A stretch of DNA of 64,000 nucleotides from Deltaproteobacteria bacterium. Lineage in GTDB: Bacteria; Desulfobacterota; GWC2-55-46; JAJCZF01. Below, one piece after another: positions 9,581 to 19,213 of the stretch. The stretch is taken from NCBI GenBank assembly GCA_029262475.1, contig JAJCZG010000025.1:8224-72223 (forward strand), written 5' to 3'. A program made the position numbers and the translations under genes. Under the pieces are notes generated by a model, which was not told where the DNA came from, did no database searches, and saw nothing but the letters and a program-made list of their open reading frames with translations. Positions within the stretch are counted from its first letter, which is position 1. Each line of letters begins with the position of its first letter.

Positions 9581-11002
9581 ATGAGATTTTCCATTCGAAC
9601 AAGGCTTACGGTTTGGTACACGGGACTTCTGGCGGTAAGCCTTCTTGTCTTCGCCGTTGCTCTGTACTTATCGTTTGCAAAGATATTTACAGACAAGATC
9701 GACGAGCAGATAGAGAGCGTATCGGGGATGATGGTCCATACCGTCATAGGCCCCTCGGGCAGGCTCATAGTTCCGAGGCACTTCGATGTCATCCTGGAGC
9801 GTTTCTTCGGCATCAAGACTACCGGTAACTATATCCAGATCCTTACAGCCAATGGCCGTGTCGTCGCCAAGAGTTCGAGCCTTGAAGGGTTTATCCTTCC
9901 GCTAAGCGAGGAGGCTCACCGTAACGCGCTTAAAGGCAAGTCCACATTCGAGGTTATAGACACCATGGGGCGTTTTCCGGTAAGGACCATCACCAAGCCG
10001 GTCGTCTCGGGGCATCGCGGCTTTGTGGCGATCATACAGGTCGGCTCCTCTCTTGAGGTGATGGAGAAGATATTCCGTTACATCGTCTATATATTCGTCA
10101 TCGGCGGCGTCTCTTCTGTCCTGGTGGCGAGTGCGGTGGGCTGGTTTCTCGCGAGAAAAGCCCTTAAGCCGGTAAATAATATTACGAGCATAGCTAGAAA
10201 GATAGAGGCCGAAAATCTTGGAGAGAGGATCGATTTCAAAGGCCCAAACGACGAAATAAAAAGGCTAGCCGAGACATTTAACGATATGATAGCGAGGCTT
10301 GAGGCCTCTTTCAGGCAGATAAAACAGTTCACAGGAGACGCCTCCCATGAGCTTCGCACCCCGCTTACCGTTATGAAGGGTGAAATAGAGGTGATGCTCC
10401 GGGGAGACGCAACAAAGGAGGAATTAAGGGAGACGCTCGAGAGCGCGCTCGAAGAGATAGATAGGATGAACGCGATAGTAAATAACCTCCTCGACCTCGC
10501 AAGGGCCGATGTCGAGGTGCTCGTAGCCTCAAGGGAGCCTGTAAGGCTTGATAAGATCCTCGCAGACAGCGTCACCCTCCTAAAGCGCAAGGCCTCTGGC
10601 AGGGGTGTTAAGATATTGATAGTCGAAAACACGCCGGTTATCGTGACGGGAGACAGCGTGAGGCTCGGTCAGGTCGCCTTAAATCTCCTTGATAACGCTA
10701 TAAAATATAATAAGGAGGGGGGGAGCGTCATGGCAAGGCTCACTAGCTCCGAGGGTATGGCGCGGCTTACAATATCGGATACCGGGATAGGCATCTCAGT
10801 AGATGAGATCGCCCATATCTTCGACCGTTTCTACCGGGTCGATAAGGCGCGTGCAAGGGACGGTAAGGACGGCCCCGGCGGCGCGGGTCTTGGACTTAAT
10901 ATCTGTAAAGCTATAATAGACTCGCTCGATGGGGAGATAAAGGCGGAGAGTGAGGACGGCATGGGGAGCACTTTTACCGTATTGATACCGCTACACGTAT
11001 GA
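9581..11002 (+). CDS. Sensor histidine kinase (two TM helices, HAMP, HisKA, HATPase_c)
   Basis: H-box SHELRTPLT; N-box LLDNAIKYN; G-boxes DTGIGI and GGAGLGL. No adjacent response-regulator gene. Confidence 0.8.
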   Translation: MRFSIRTRLTVWYTGLLAVSLLVFAVALYLSFAKIFTDKIDEQIESVSGMMVHTVIGPSGRLIVPRHFDVILERFFGIKTTGNYIQILTANGRVVAKSSSLEGFILPLSEEAHRNALKGKSTFEVIDTMGRFPVRTITKPVVSGHRGFVAIIQVGSSLEVMEKIFRYIVYIFVIGGVSSVLVASAVGWFLARKALKPVNNITSIARKIEAENLGERIDFKGPNDEIKRLAETFNDMIARLEASFRQIKQFTGDASHELRTPLTVMKGEIEVMLRGDATKEELRETLESALEEIDRMNAIVNNLLDLARADVEVLVASREPVRLDKILADSVTLLKRKASGRGVKILIVENTPVIVTGDSVRLGQVALNLLDNAIKYNKEGGSVMARLTSSEGMARLTISDTGIGISVDEIAHIFDRFYRVDKARARDGKDGPGGAGLGLNICKAIIDSLDGEIKAESEDGMGSTFTVLIPLHV

Positions 11003-11124
11003 TGGGCTCTCCGTCTCATTATACTAGAGTGGTCGCAAACTTGTTTTATTTTAATAATATCGCCCCGTAAAAATAGGGGTATGGAGCTTTTTTTTATAAC
11101 ACAGATAAAATGGAGGATTAGGAT

Positions 11125-12150
11125 ATGAAGGTTGGAATTCTTACCGGAGGAGGGGACTGTCCGGGGCTTAACGCGGTAATAAGGGCGGTAGTAAAGAAGG
11201 GCCTTGCCAACGGGTATACTCTTGTCGGCATAAAGGACGGCTGGAAGGGGCTGATAGAGAATAGGAGCGTTCCACTTACCTCCAAAGAGGTCTCCGGAAT
11301 CCTCCCAAGGGGAGGGACGATACTCGGCACGTCGAGGACTAACCCTCTAAAGAGCGAGGAGGATACGAAGAAGGCCATAGACAATGTTAAGGCCATGGGC
11401 CTTGACGTCATAGTCGCCATCGGCGGCGACGACACCCTTGGTGTCGCCGCCAGGTTCTTTGAGATGGGTATAAATACCGTTGGCGTGCCTAAGACGATAG
11501 ATAACGATCTCTCCGGCACGGACGTTACATTCGGCTTTGATACCGCTGTCGGCATAGTGACCGAGGCGCTCGACAGGCTACATTCCACCACAGAGGCGCA
11601 CCACAGGATAATGGTCGTAGAGGTGATGGGCCGTCACGCCGGATGGATCGCCGTCCACTCGGGTATCGCGGGCGGAGCGGATATGATACTTATACCTGAG
11701 AAACCCTTCGACGTTAATGATGTGATAAAGGTGGTCGATAAGCGGAGGGCCGAGGGCAAGAACTTCAGCATCATCGTCACCGCCGAAGGGGCCTATCCGA
11801 AAGAGGCTGGCATGATCACCATGGATAAGGAACGTGACGCATTTGGTAACGTACGCCTCGGCGGAGTGGGCGAACATTTGGCCGAAGAGCTTGAAAAGAG
11901 AACAGGACTTGAGACGCGCTTCGTGGTGCTCGGGCACCTCCAGAGGGGCGGGACGCCGACGGCCTACGATCGCGTGCTCGCCACGCGTTACGGCCTAAAG
12001 GCCGTCGATCTGATCGAAGAGGGCAACTTCGGAAAGATGGTCGCGCTAAGAGGGAACGATATAATAGCCGTCTGTCTCGACGAAGCGACGAAGAAGACGC
12101 GCACCGTTGACGACGAATTCTACAAGCTGGCAGAGGTCTTCTTCGGATAG
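11125..12150 (+). CDS. pfkA: 6-phosphofructokinase, with the two residue signatures of pyrophosphate-dependent enzymes
   Basis: MKVGILTGGGDCPGLNAVIR. GGDDT in place of GGDGS, and PKTIDND in place of PGTIDND; these correspond to the Asp104/Lys124 PPi-specificity determinants. Confidence 0.8.
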   Translation: MKVGILTGGGDCPGLNAVIRAVVKKGLANGYTLVGIKDGWKGLIENRSVPLTSKEVSGILPRGGTILGTSRTNPLKSEEDTKKAIDNVKAMGLDVIVAIGGDDTLGVAARFFEMGINTVGVPKTIDNDLSGTDVTFGFDTAVGIVTEALDRLHSTTEAHHRIMVVEVMGRHAGWIAVHSGIAGGADMILIPEKPFDVNDVIKVVDKRRAEGKNFSIIVTAEGAYPKEAGMITMDKERDAFGNVRLGGVGEHLAEELEKRTGLETRFVVLGHLQRGGTPTAYDRVLATRYGLKAVDLIEEGNFGKMVALRGNDIIAVCLDEATKKTRTVDDEFYKLAEVFFG

Positions 12151-12156
12151 GGGATA

Positions 12157-12352
12157 GACGCATGGCGGGGGTTTTTAATTTTGCTCTCCTGAAGCTTGGT
12201 GCTCACTCCAAAGTGTCAGTGTTTTAGATGTTTAGACGCATGCCGAGGGTTTTTTAATTTGCCCTCATGAAGCCTGGTGCTCACTCCAAGGTGTCAGTGT
12301 TTTAGATATTTATAAGTATGTCGAGGGGGTTTTAATTTTCCTCATCCACGAG
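12157..12352. repeat. Tandem direct repeat of ~80 bp in about 2.5 copies, in the pfk to DASS-transporter intergenic region
   Basis: Copy 1 spans 12157-12234 and copy 2 spans 12235-12315, at roughly 88% identity: GACGCATG(G/C)CG(G/A)GGGTTTTT(T)AATTT..GGTGCTCACTCCAA(A/G)GTGTCAGTGTTTTAGAT. A partial third copy follows. Confidence 0.8.
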
Positions 12353-12432
12353 AAAACTTCTTTTATCGTCAGATGAATTTTTAACGGGCCAGGAAGCAGG
12401 GCGGGTTTTTTCATCTAGGGGGTTTTACTTAA

Positions 12433-13980
12433 ATGTCAGTAAAAGAGGTGCTTTCGCCGGCGGAGGAGCGTTTTGAGAGGGGAAGAAGGAGGGCAGGGCT
12501 CGTAGCGGCCCCGCTCGTCTTTCTCTGCCTTTATTTCATGCCGATCCCGGCGCTCTCGGAGGAGAGCCACAGGCTTTTGGCGGTAATCGGCTTTGTCCTG
12601 ATATTCTGGCTCTGCGAGACGGTTCCTCTAGCCGTTACCGCGCTCCTCGGCGCGGTCCTTAACGTCATACTCGGTGTAGCGCCCGCCGCTACGGTGCTGG
12701 CCCCATTCGCGCACCCGCTCGTCTTCCTCTTTATCGGGAGCTTTATCCTCGCCGAAGCGATAATCCTCCACGGCCTCGACAAAAGATTCGCCTTCGCAAT
12801 AATCTCTATAAAATTTCTTCAGGCAAGTCCGATAAGGATACTCTTCGCCCTCGGCGTTATTAGCGCTGTAGCCTCGATGTGGGTCTCCAATACCGCCTCC
12901 ACCGCCATGATGCTGCCGGTTGGCATAGGGATACTCCACGCCATGCGCGATATCGACGAGGGCGCCTCGGGGGAAGGTGGAAAAGGCGGCGGTAAGGTAG
13001 TCACCAAAACGTATTCGAGCGCCCTTATGCTCATGATAGCCTACGGCGCTTCCGTCGGGGGGATAGCCACGCCCGTAGGCACCCCGCCGAACCTCATCGG
13101 CATCGGCATGATAGATTCGCTAATAGGCATAAAGATCACCTTCTTCGAGTGGATGACCTTTGCTCTGCCTATAACCATCGTAATGTTTTTATACCTCTTT
13201 ATCGTCCTCGGCGGGATCTCAATGAGGGGTACGTCTGGCGCCGGAGTATCGGGCATTGGATCGTTTGTCGCAAGTGCCAGGCAGAGGCTCGGCCCCTGGT
13301 CGAGAGGAGAAAAAATTACCGCTGCCGTCTTCGCCCTGACGGTTTTTCTCTGGATACTTCCAAGCATCGTCTCTCTCGCAGCCGGTAAGGAGGCGGAGTT
13401 ATCGATCTTAATAAAGTCGAGGCTAAATGTCGGAGTGGTCGCGGTCTTTGCCGCCGCACTCCTCTTTATCTTGCCGATTAACTTTAAAGAGATGCGCTTC
13501 GCCATGACCTGGGAGCGGGCGGTAAGGATCGACTGGGGTACTATACTGCTCTTCGGCGGCGGCCTTAGCCTCGGAAAACTCATGTTTTCGACCGGGCTAG
13601 CCACGGCCTTCGGCGAGGGGCTAACGGGGCTAACAGGGGCTTCGACCGTCTGGTCTATAACCGCTATAGGCACCATTGTCGCGATAATAATGAGCGAGGC
13701 GACTAGCAACACCGCCTCTGCGAATATGGTAATACCCGTGGTGATAGCCGTTGCGCAGTCCATGGGCGTTTCCCCTCTTCCCCCGGCGCTCGGCGCTTGC
13801 CTCGGCGCGAGCTTCGGCTTCATGCTCCCGGTAAGCACCCCGCCGAATGCCATAGTCTACGGCTCCGGCATGGTGCCGATACTCACAATGGTTAAGAGGG
13901 GGATACTCTTCGATATAGGCGGCTTCGTCATTATCATGATAGGTCTCCTGATACTCTGCCCCCTCCTCGGTATGATGTAA
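12433..13980 (+). CDS. DASS/SLC13-family (divalent anion:Na+ symporter, ArsB/NhaD-superfamily) permease
   Basis: About 14 predicted TM segments. Paired SNTA / NTASA hairpin motifs (VSNTASTAMMLP, SEATSNTASANMV). Confidence 0.75.
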   Translation: MSVKEVLSPAEERFERGRRRAGLVAAPLVFLCLYFMPIPALSEESHRLLAVIGFVLIFWLCETVPLAVTALLGAVLNVILGVAPAATVLAPFAHPLVFLFIGSFILAEAIILHGLDKRFAFAIISIKFLQASPIRILFALGVISAVASMWVSNTASTAMMLPVGIGILHAMRDIDEGASGEGGKGGGKVVTKTYSSALMLMIAYGASVGGIATPVGTPPNLIGIGMIDSLIGIKITFFEWMTFALPITIVMFLYLFIVLGGISMRGTSGAGVSGIGSFVASARQRLGPWSRGEKITAAVFALTVFLWILPSIVSLAAGKEAELSILIKSRLNVGVVAVFAAALLFILPINFKEMRFAMTWERAVRIDWGTILLFGGGLSLGKLMFSTGLATAFGEGLTGLTGASTVWSITAIGTIVAIIMSEATSNTASANMVIPVVIAVAQSMGVSPLPPALGACLGASFGFMLPVSTPPNAIVYGSGMVPILTMVKRGILFDIGGFVIIMIGLLILCPLLGMM

Positions 13981-14219
13981 GGGGGGGGCTGTCAGGCACC
14001 CGGTTCCCATTCCTTATTAAGCGCCGATGCCTTTAAGATAATTCGAAAGAGCCGCCGCACCGCAAGCCCCGTAGTTTTTTACTATTCAGGTATTCTTCCA
14101 TCAAAAAATACTCCTCATAAGGTAATTTCCGTACTATTTACCGCTCGTAGAGCATATTGTTCTCCATTCCTTCATTCTTATTTATACCCCTATTGTCTAT
14201 AACTTATTGTTTTTTTAGT

Positions 14220-14246
14220 TAAAGTTTGGCCATTACCTGCCGATAG
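14220..14246 (+). promoter_or_regulatory. Candidate sigma-28 (FliA) promoter, TAAA-N15-GCCGATAG
   Basis: TAAAgtttggccattacctGCCGATAG matches the TAAA-N15-GCCGATAA consensus at 11 of 12 positions. It lies upstream of an MCP gene, about 475 bp from the start codon. Confidence 0.3.
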
Positions 14247-14721
14247 TTGTAGTTATGATTGGGTGACTAGTCTTTATGTCAACCCTTAGCACTGCAAGTA
14301 AAATAGATTTCAGGGGGTCAAGGATTTCGGGCGATGAAGGACTGTGTGAACGAGTTAAACTAAGTTTTTCAGTCACTCTTTAAAGATAAGGAGCCCGAGC
14401 TCCACAATACCAACAAGGCGGTCCCCTTACACTACGCCGTATAAACCTGTTTTAAAGGCTTAACGGGTTCAAAAAAGGGCTTGAATAGCGGTATCCAGTC
14501 TTCCGGTAGATAATTAGATGCTTCACCACCGCTAAAAGATGGAAGGATATTTGTTGTTCGCTGCTGTAGAAGTTGTTTTGAATCAATTTGGATTGTTATA
14601 GAGAGATATTTAGGCAAGTGAAGAAAAGAGGATACTTACATCCCTTTTTTTCATCTTTTGGTTTTAGGGAATATGTGGACCGGTTATGTTGCCGGGCCGT
14701 TTAACTTTCAGGGAGCTACTT

Positions 14722-16440
14722 ATGAAACTTACGATCAGTTCAAAGCTTTTGGTAGTCTGTGCATCGGTATTGGGCGTCTTTTTGCTCTTCATAGGTTACT
14801 CGATATCCACGTCGTCGCTCATAAAGGAGTTCCGGGACGATATCGTAAACTACAGTAATATTCAAAATGAGATCAAGGTTTCAAAGAACCTGCAGCTAAA
14901 TGTCGCAAATGTATGGCAGTTCTTTACCGACGCGTCTCTTACCAAAGACCATGCGGTAATCGAAGAGGAAGCCAGGCCCAACTATGACGGGGCGCTAAAC
15001 GAGATAGGAGAACTGATCAGGGCTAACGTCGGAGAGCCCGATCATATAGCAAAGCTTGAAACGATAAGCGATAACCTGACGGAGATGTGGACAAAGGGCG
15101 AGTCCATGTTCTCGGCCTACGAGCGCGACTGGGACGAAGGCAACCTTGCGATGGAGGAGTACGACGTAGTAAGCGAGAATGTTATAGGCGGCGTATCCCA
15201 GCTCGTTAGTGACGAAGAAGTCAGCGAGAGGGCGGCGCTCGATGAGATGAACGAGATGGTGCTTAGCGCCCTTAATATAGCGAAGGTCGTGCCCTTTCTA
15301 ACTTTAGCGGTAGGCGCCGCCATAATAATAATGCTCATAGCTCTCAGAAGGTCCATCGTAGCCCCGCTGAACGAGCTTGCCGACGCAACCCGCAGGGTCG
15401 CGTCGGGAGACCTGACGACGAGCCTTAAAGACAAGGGAAGGCCCGATGAGCTGGGGGAGCTTACCCGCGACTTTATAATAATGATAGACAATCTTAAGAG
15501 AGTACTCAATAAGGTCAAGGTAAGTGTCGAAGGCCTTTCAACCCTCTCCAACGGTTTAAATGAGGCCTCGGCCACGATAGTGGAGGGGAGTGAGTTTCAG
15601 GATACGATGATAGGCCAGGTCGCGACCGCATCAAACGAGCTTACGGCAACGATAGAAGAGGTCGCAAGGAATGTATCGCAGGTCTCTAATATAGCTGCTG
15701 CGGCCAGCGAGTCTGCGACTAAGGGCGGCGTTATCGTAAGTGAGACGATAGCCAGTATGAACAGCATCTCGGATACCTCCGAGGGCTCTAGCCGTGTGGT
15801 GGAGTCGCTTGGGGATAGATCCAAGGAGATAGGGCAGATTATAAAGGTAATCGACGATATCGCCGACCAGACGAATCTGCTTGCGCTTAACGCCGCTATC
15901 GAAGCGGCGAGGGCCGGCGATCAGGGCAGGGGCTTTGCCGTCGTCGCCGACGAGGTGCGCGCACTTGCCGAGAGGACGATGAGCGCCACCAAAGAGATTG
16001 TGGATATGATAGGCGGCATACAGGTGGACTCCGATAAAGCGATCATTAGCATGAAGAGCGGAGTAAAGGCCATAGATGAAGGCGTAACGCTCAGTGAGGA
16101 TGCCGGTACGGCACTGAGGGGTATCGTCACTCATGTCGACGATGTCTCGGCTAATATAATTCAAATCTCAACGGCGAGCGAAGAGCAGTCGGTTGCGGCT
16201 AATCAAATATCAGGGGATATTGAAAAAATAGCTGAGACAACTAAAAAGTCAAAGCACGAAGCCGAAGATGTGGCCAAGAGCAGCACGAGAATGGCGGCGC
16301 TCGCCCTTGAGCTTGAAGAACTGGTGAGCGGCTTTAGGTTCAACTCCAATAATTACGAGGTTCAGAAGAGTTCGGTTCCGGTAGCGTCAACCTCTCTTAT
16401 CAATGAGGTGAGAGCCCTGCCCACAGGGACCGAAGGGTAA
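14722..16440 (+). CDS. Methyl-accepting chemotaxis protein (N-terminal TM, four-helix sensor, second TM, HAMP, MA domain)
   Basis: Highly conserved MCP signalling-domain motif [40 protein letters not shown]. Start chosen at MKLTISSK inside the longer ORF 14686..16440. Confidence 0.8.
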   Translation: MKLTISSKLLVVCASVLGVFLLFIGYSISTSSLIKEFRDDIVNYSNIQNEIKVSKNLQLNVANVWQFFTDASLTKDHAVIEEEARPNYDGALNEIGELIRANVGEPDHIAKLETISDNLTEMWTKGESMFSAYERDWDEGNLAMEEYDVVSENVIGGVSQLVSDEEVSERAALDEMNEMVLSALNIAKVVPFLTLAVGAAIIIMLIALRRSIVAPLNELADATRRVASGDLTTSLKDKGRPDELGELTRDFIIMIDNLKRVLNKVKVSVEGLSTLSNGLNEASATIVEGSEFQDTMIGQVATASNELTATIEEVARNVSQVSNIAAAASESATKGGVIVSETIASMNSISDTSEGSSRVVESLGDRSKEIGQIIKVIDDIADQTNLLALNAAIEAARAGDQGRGFAVVADEVRALAERTMSATKEIVDMIGGIQVDSDKAIISMKSGVKAIDEGVTLSEDAGTALRGIVTHVDDVSANIIQISTASEEQSVAANQISGDIEKIAETTKKSKHEAEDVAKSSTRMAALALELEELVSGFRFNSNNYEVQKSSVPVASTSLINEVRALPTGTEG

Positions 16441-16486
16441 TTTAACGGACCGGTTTAATCGATCCACATATAAGTGAGGCTTAAAG

Positions 16487-16526
16487 ATGCCGGGCTGACG
16501 CTAGTCAGCCCGGCATCTCTTTTTTG
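16487..16526 (+). terminator. Rho-independent terminator downstream of the MCP gene
   Basis: GATGCCGGGCTGAC-gcta-GTCAGCCCGGCATC, a 14-bp stem followed by TCTTTTTT. Confidence 0.6.
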
Positions 16527-16864
16527 GAGCTCGATATAAATAGTCCTTAAAGGCAGGCCTTACCACTCTTCTCCCGACTGGAGTCTGAAGCGACCCGCGT
16601 AGAGAGACCCGGCGTATTAGTTAAACCTAAACGTCCCCAAATACGTTTTATAATTACTGTAAGAAGTATGTCCCTCATGGGGGCAAAGAGGACTTGATCA
16701 ATCCTCTTTCGGTGTGCTATTATTAATCATGGTGAATACCTGCTTTCGGAGAGAGGCGTACTACTTGGTAGTACGCCTCCATGCGGTCTCACCTGTTTTT
16801 ATTGTCAGTAATATTAATTTCTACTAGACGCAGATCTAAAGCGTCGGTCTTTAAGGAGGTTTTT

Positions 16865-17584
16865 GTGCAAAGGTTAGGTGTTATTAAATATGTTCTTATG
16901 GTAATGGTATTGGCACTCGCCGGTTGCGGTCAGTCAGAGAAGGCCATGGACCCGGTTGACGCGCTGCTAGATGATATGATCGGTGTATACGGCGGTGCCG
17001 AGAACCTGAAGAAACTTAACTCATATGAATCCATATGGGATATGAGCGTTAAGGTAAGGCCCGAAAAGGGTGAGGCCGTGGTAAGGGTCGCCCAGCCGGA
17101 TAAGCTAAGGGTTGACTTGAATTACCCGAATAAGAGCGAGTCCAGGGTGGTAAACGGCAGCACGGGTTTTAAGGTCTATAACGGTAATGCGAGGCAGGAC
17201 TCTCGCGGTCCGATGCTTAACGCCATGAAGCTCCAGGTCATGAGGCTCTATACCCCGCTCGTTTTAAAGGAGCTTAAGAAGACAAATACGATCACCCTCA
17301 CCAAGGGAGAGGGTTACAACGTGCTGACGCTCGCCGGAGACGGGCTTACTTCCGCTTATTTCGTTAACCAGGAGACGAAACATATAGACCGTGTAGTAGG
17401 GACGCTCAATATGGGTGGCAGGGAGATGGCCTTCCGGACGGAATACGGCGACTTCAAGGTAGTCGATGGTGTGCTCATGCACCACAGCGAGGATAAATAC
17501 GCCGGAGGTGTGAATACGGCCCTCCTGACGCTCAAGAGCATAAAAGTCGGGGTGGAGCATACGCCGGATACCTTTAATAAGTAG
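16865..17584 (+). CDS. Hypothetical lipoprotein (LolA-like or DUF-type beta-rich protein)
   Basis: GTG start at 16865 with an AAGGAGG RBS 6 nt upstream. Lipobox LALAGC. No recognisable catalytic motifs. Confidence 0.5.
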   Translation: MQRLGVIKYVLMVMVLALAGCGQSEKAMDPVDALLDDMIGVYGGAENLKKLNSYESIWDMSVKVRPEKGEAVVRVAQPDKLRVDLNYPNKSESRVVNGSTGFKVYNGNARQDSRGPMLNAMKLQVMRLYTPLVLKELKKTNTITLTKGEGYNVLTLAGDGLTSAYFVNQETKHIDRVVGTLNMGGREMAFRTEYGDFKVVDGVLMHHSEDKYAGGVNTALLTLKSIKVGVEHTPDTFNK

Positions 17585-17634
17585 AGAGAATTTTCTTTCG
17601 CTGTATTCGTCTCAGCCACCCGCAGACAGGCTAA

Positions 17635-17967
17635 ATGATAGAAGATTGTATAATAGTTATGATGACGGCCCCGTCCGGTGAGGACGGGGCCGAAATCGGC
17701 AAAAAGCTCATAGAGGAGCGCCTTGTCGCGTGCTGCAATATCGTCCCCGCCGTAAGGAGCTTGTACAGGTGGAAGGGCGAGATTTGCGACGAGTCGGAGG
17801 TTTTATGTATCTTTAAGACAAGGGCTGAAAACTTTGAACTCATAAAGGCCCGGGTAGCAGCTCTTCACACCTACGAGGTGCCGGAGCTGATTGCCTTAGA
17901 TATCACCGACGGGCTGCCCTCGTATCTAGCCTGGGTAATCGAGGGAAGCTCCCCCGTAGACGTGTAA
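17635..17967 (+). CDS. cutA: Divalent-cation tolerance protein CutA
   Basis: The 110-aa CutA1 fold pattern ...RLVACCNIVP...SLYRWKGEI...YEVPELIAL...YLAWV. Confidence 0.8.
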   Translation: MIEDCIIVMMTAPSGEDGAEIGKKLIEERLVACCNIVPAVRSLYRWKGEICDESEVLCIFKTRAENFELIKARVAALHTYEVPELIALDITDGLPSYLAWVIEGSSPVDV

Positions 17968-18177
17968 GGCTTTCATATCCAAGCTCTTTACATACCCTCC
18001 CGTTGCCCCGTGCCTGCTAAGACCACCCCTGTAAGCCGGTTTCCGGTCCGTATAATCCTCGAATAATCGCTGTAGTGCCTTTTTCTTTCCATAAAAATAA
18101 CGAATAATCTTGAAAAATTCTTCACTTACCAATATAATAACTCATTATGCCATATCTATAAGACCGAAAGGAGATCT

Positions 18178-19206
18178 ATGGGAAACGAGACTTTTTTAAA
18201 GGCATGCAGGGGAGAAGCAACGGATTATACCCCGGTCTGGCTTATGCGTCAGGCTGGTCGCTATATGAAAGAATATATGGCAATAAAGGAAAAACATTCT
18301 TTTCTTGAGATGTGCAGGACTCCGGAGCTGGCCTGCGAGGTGACGATGCAGCCGATAAACGCATTCGAACTCGACGCCGCCATAATCTTCGCAGACATTT
18401 TGCTGCCGCTCGAAGGGATGGGTATAAAGCTTGAATTCGCCAAGAATATGGGCCCCGTGATAACAAACCCGGTAAGGAGCAGGGCCGATATCGACGCGAT
18501 ACGCGTAATAGACCCGGAAGAGGACGTCCCGTATCTGCTGGAAGCCATAAAACTCGTCAAAAAAGAGCTTAACGGCAAGGTCCCGCTCATCGGCTTCGCA
18601 GGAGCGCCGTTTACCCTGGCAAGCTACATCATAGAGGGCGGCGGCTCCAAAAACTATGTCCACACTAAATCGCTTATCTTCTCTGACCCGGAGTACTGGC
18701 ATAAGCTGCTTGCGAAGATCACCGAGCTTACCGGGCTTTACCTGAACGCGCAGATAGACGCCGGCGCACAGGTAGTGCAGATATTTGACAGTTGGGCCGG
18801 TTGCCTTGGGCCGGACGACTACAGGGAGTTCGTGCTCCCCTATACTAAGAAGGTCATCGAATCCGTCAACGGAAGGGTTCCTGTTATAAATTTCAGCACC
18901 AGCACGGGAACGTACCTTGAGATACTTAAAGAGGCCGGTGGCGACGTAATGGGAGTCGACTGGAAGGTAAGGCTCGATGAAGCATGGGAGAGGATTGGTT
19001 TTGATAAAGGCATCCAGGGGAACCTTGACCCGACGACGCTCTTCGGCCCTGTCCCTGAGATGAAGAAGAGGGTAAAGGAAATTCTCGGCCAGGCTAACGG
19101 CCGACCGGGACATATATTCAACCTGGGGCACGGCATTATATTAGGTACCCCGGTTGACAACGTAAGGGCACTCGTAGACGCGGTGCACGAATACAGCCAG
19201 AGGTAA
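18178..19206 (+). CDS. hemE: Uroporphyrinogen decarboxylase
   Basis: N-terminus TPVWLMRQAGRYMKEY and overall length are typical of HemE. Confidence 0.9.
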   Translation: MGNETFLKACRGEATDYTPVWLMRQAGRYMKEYMAIKEKHSFLEMCRTPELACEVTMQPINAFELDAAIIFADILLPLEGMGIKLEFAKNMGPVITNPVRSRADIDAIRVIDPEEDVPYLLEAIKLVKKELNGKVPLIGFAGAPFTLASYIIEGGGSKNYVHTKSLIFSDPEYWHKLLAKITELTGLYLNAQIDAGAQVVQIFDSWAGCLGPDDYREFVLPYTKKVIESVNGRVPVINFSTSTGTYLEILKEAGGDVMGVDWKVRLDEAWERIGFDKGIQGNLDPTTLFGPVPEMKKRVKEILGQANGRPGHIFNLGHGIILGTPVDNVRALVDAVHEYSQR

Positions 19207-19213
19207 TTTTATT

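Noticed and set aside
13041-13853. A 270-aa minus-strand ORF opposite the DASS transporter gene
   Set aside because: It is antisense to a gene with clear family motifs and its composition is Ala/Pro/Arg-skewed, which is typical of high-GC shadow frames.
14658-14858. A 66-aa ORF overlapping the MCP start
   Set aside because: It overlaps the N-terminal TM region of the MCP gene in another frame and has no support.
18196-19131. A 311-aa ORF on the minus strand opposite hemE
   Set aside because: It lies entirely antisense to a strongly supported hemE and has no recognisable motifs. It is a GC-rich shadow ORF.
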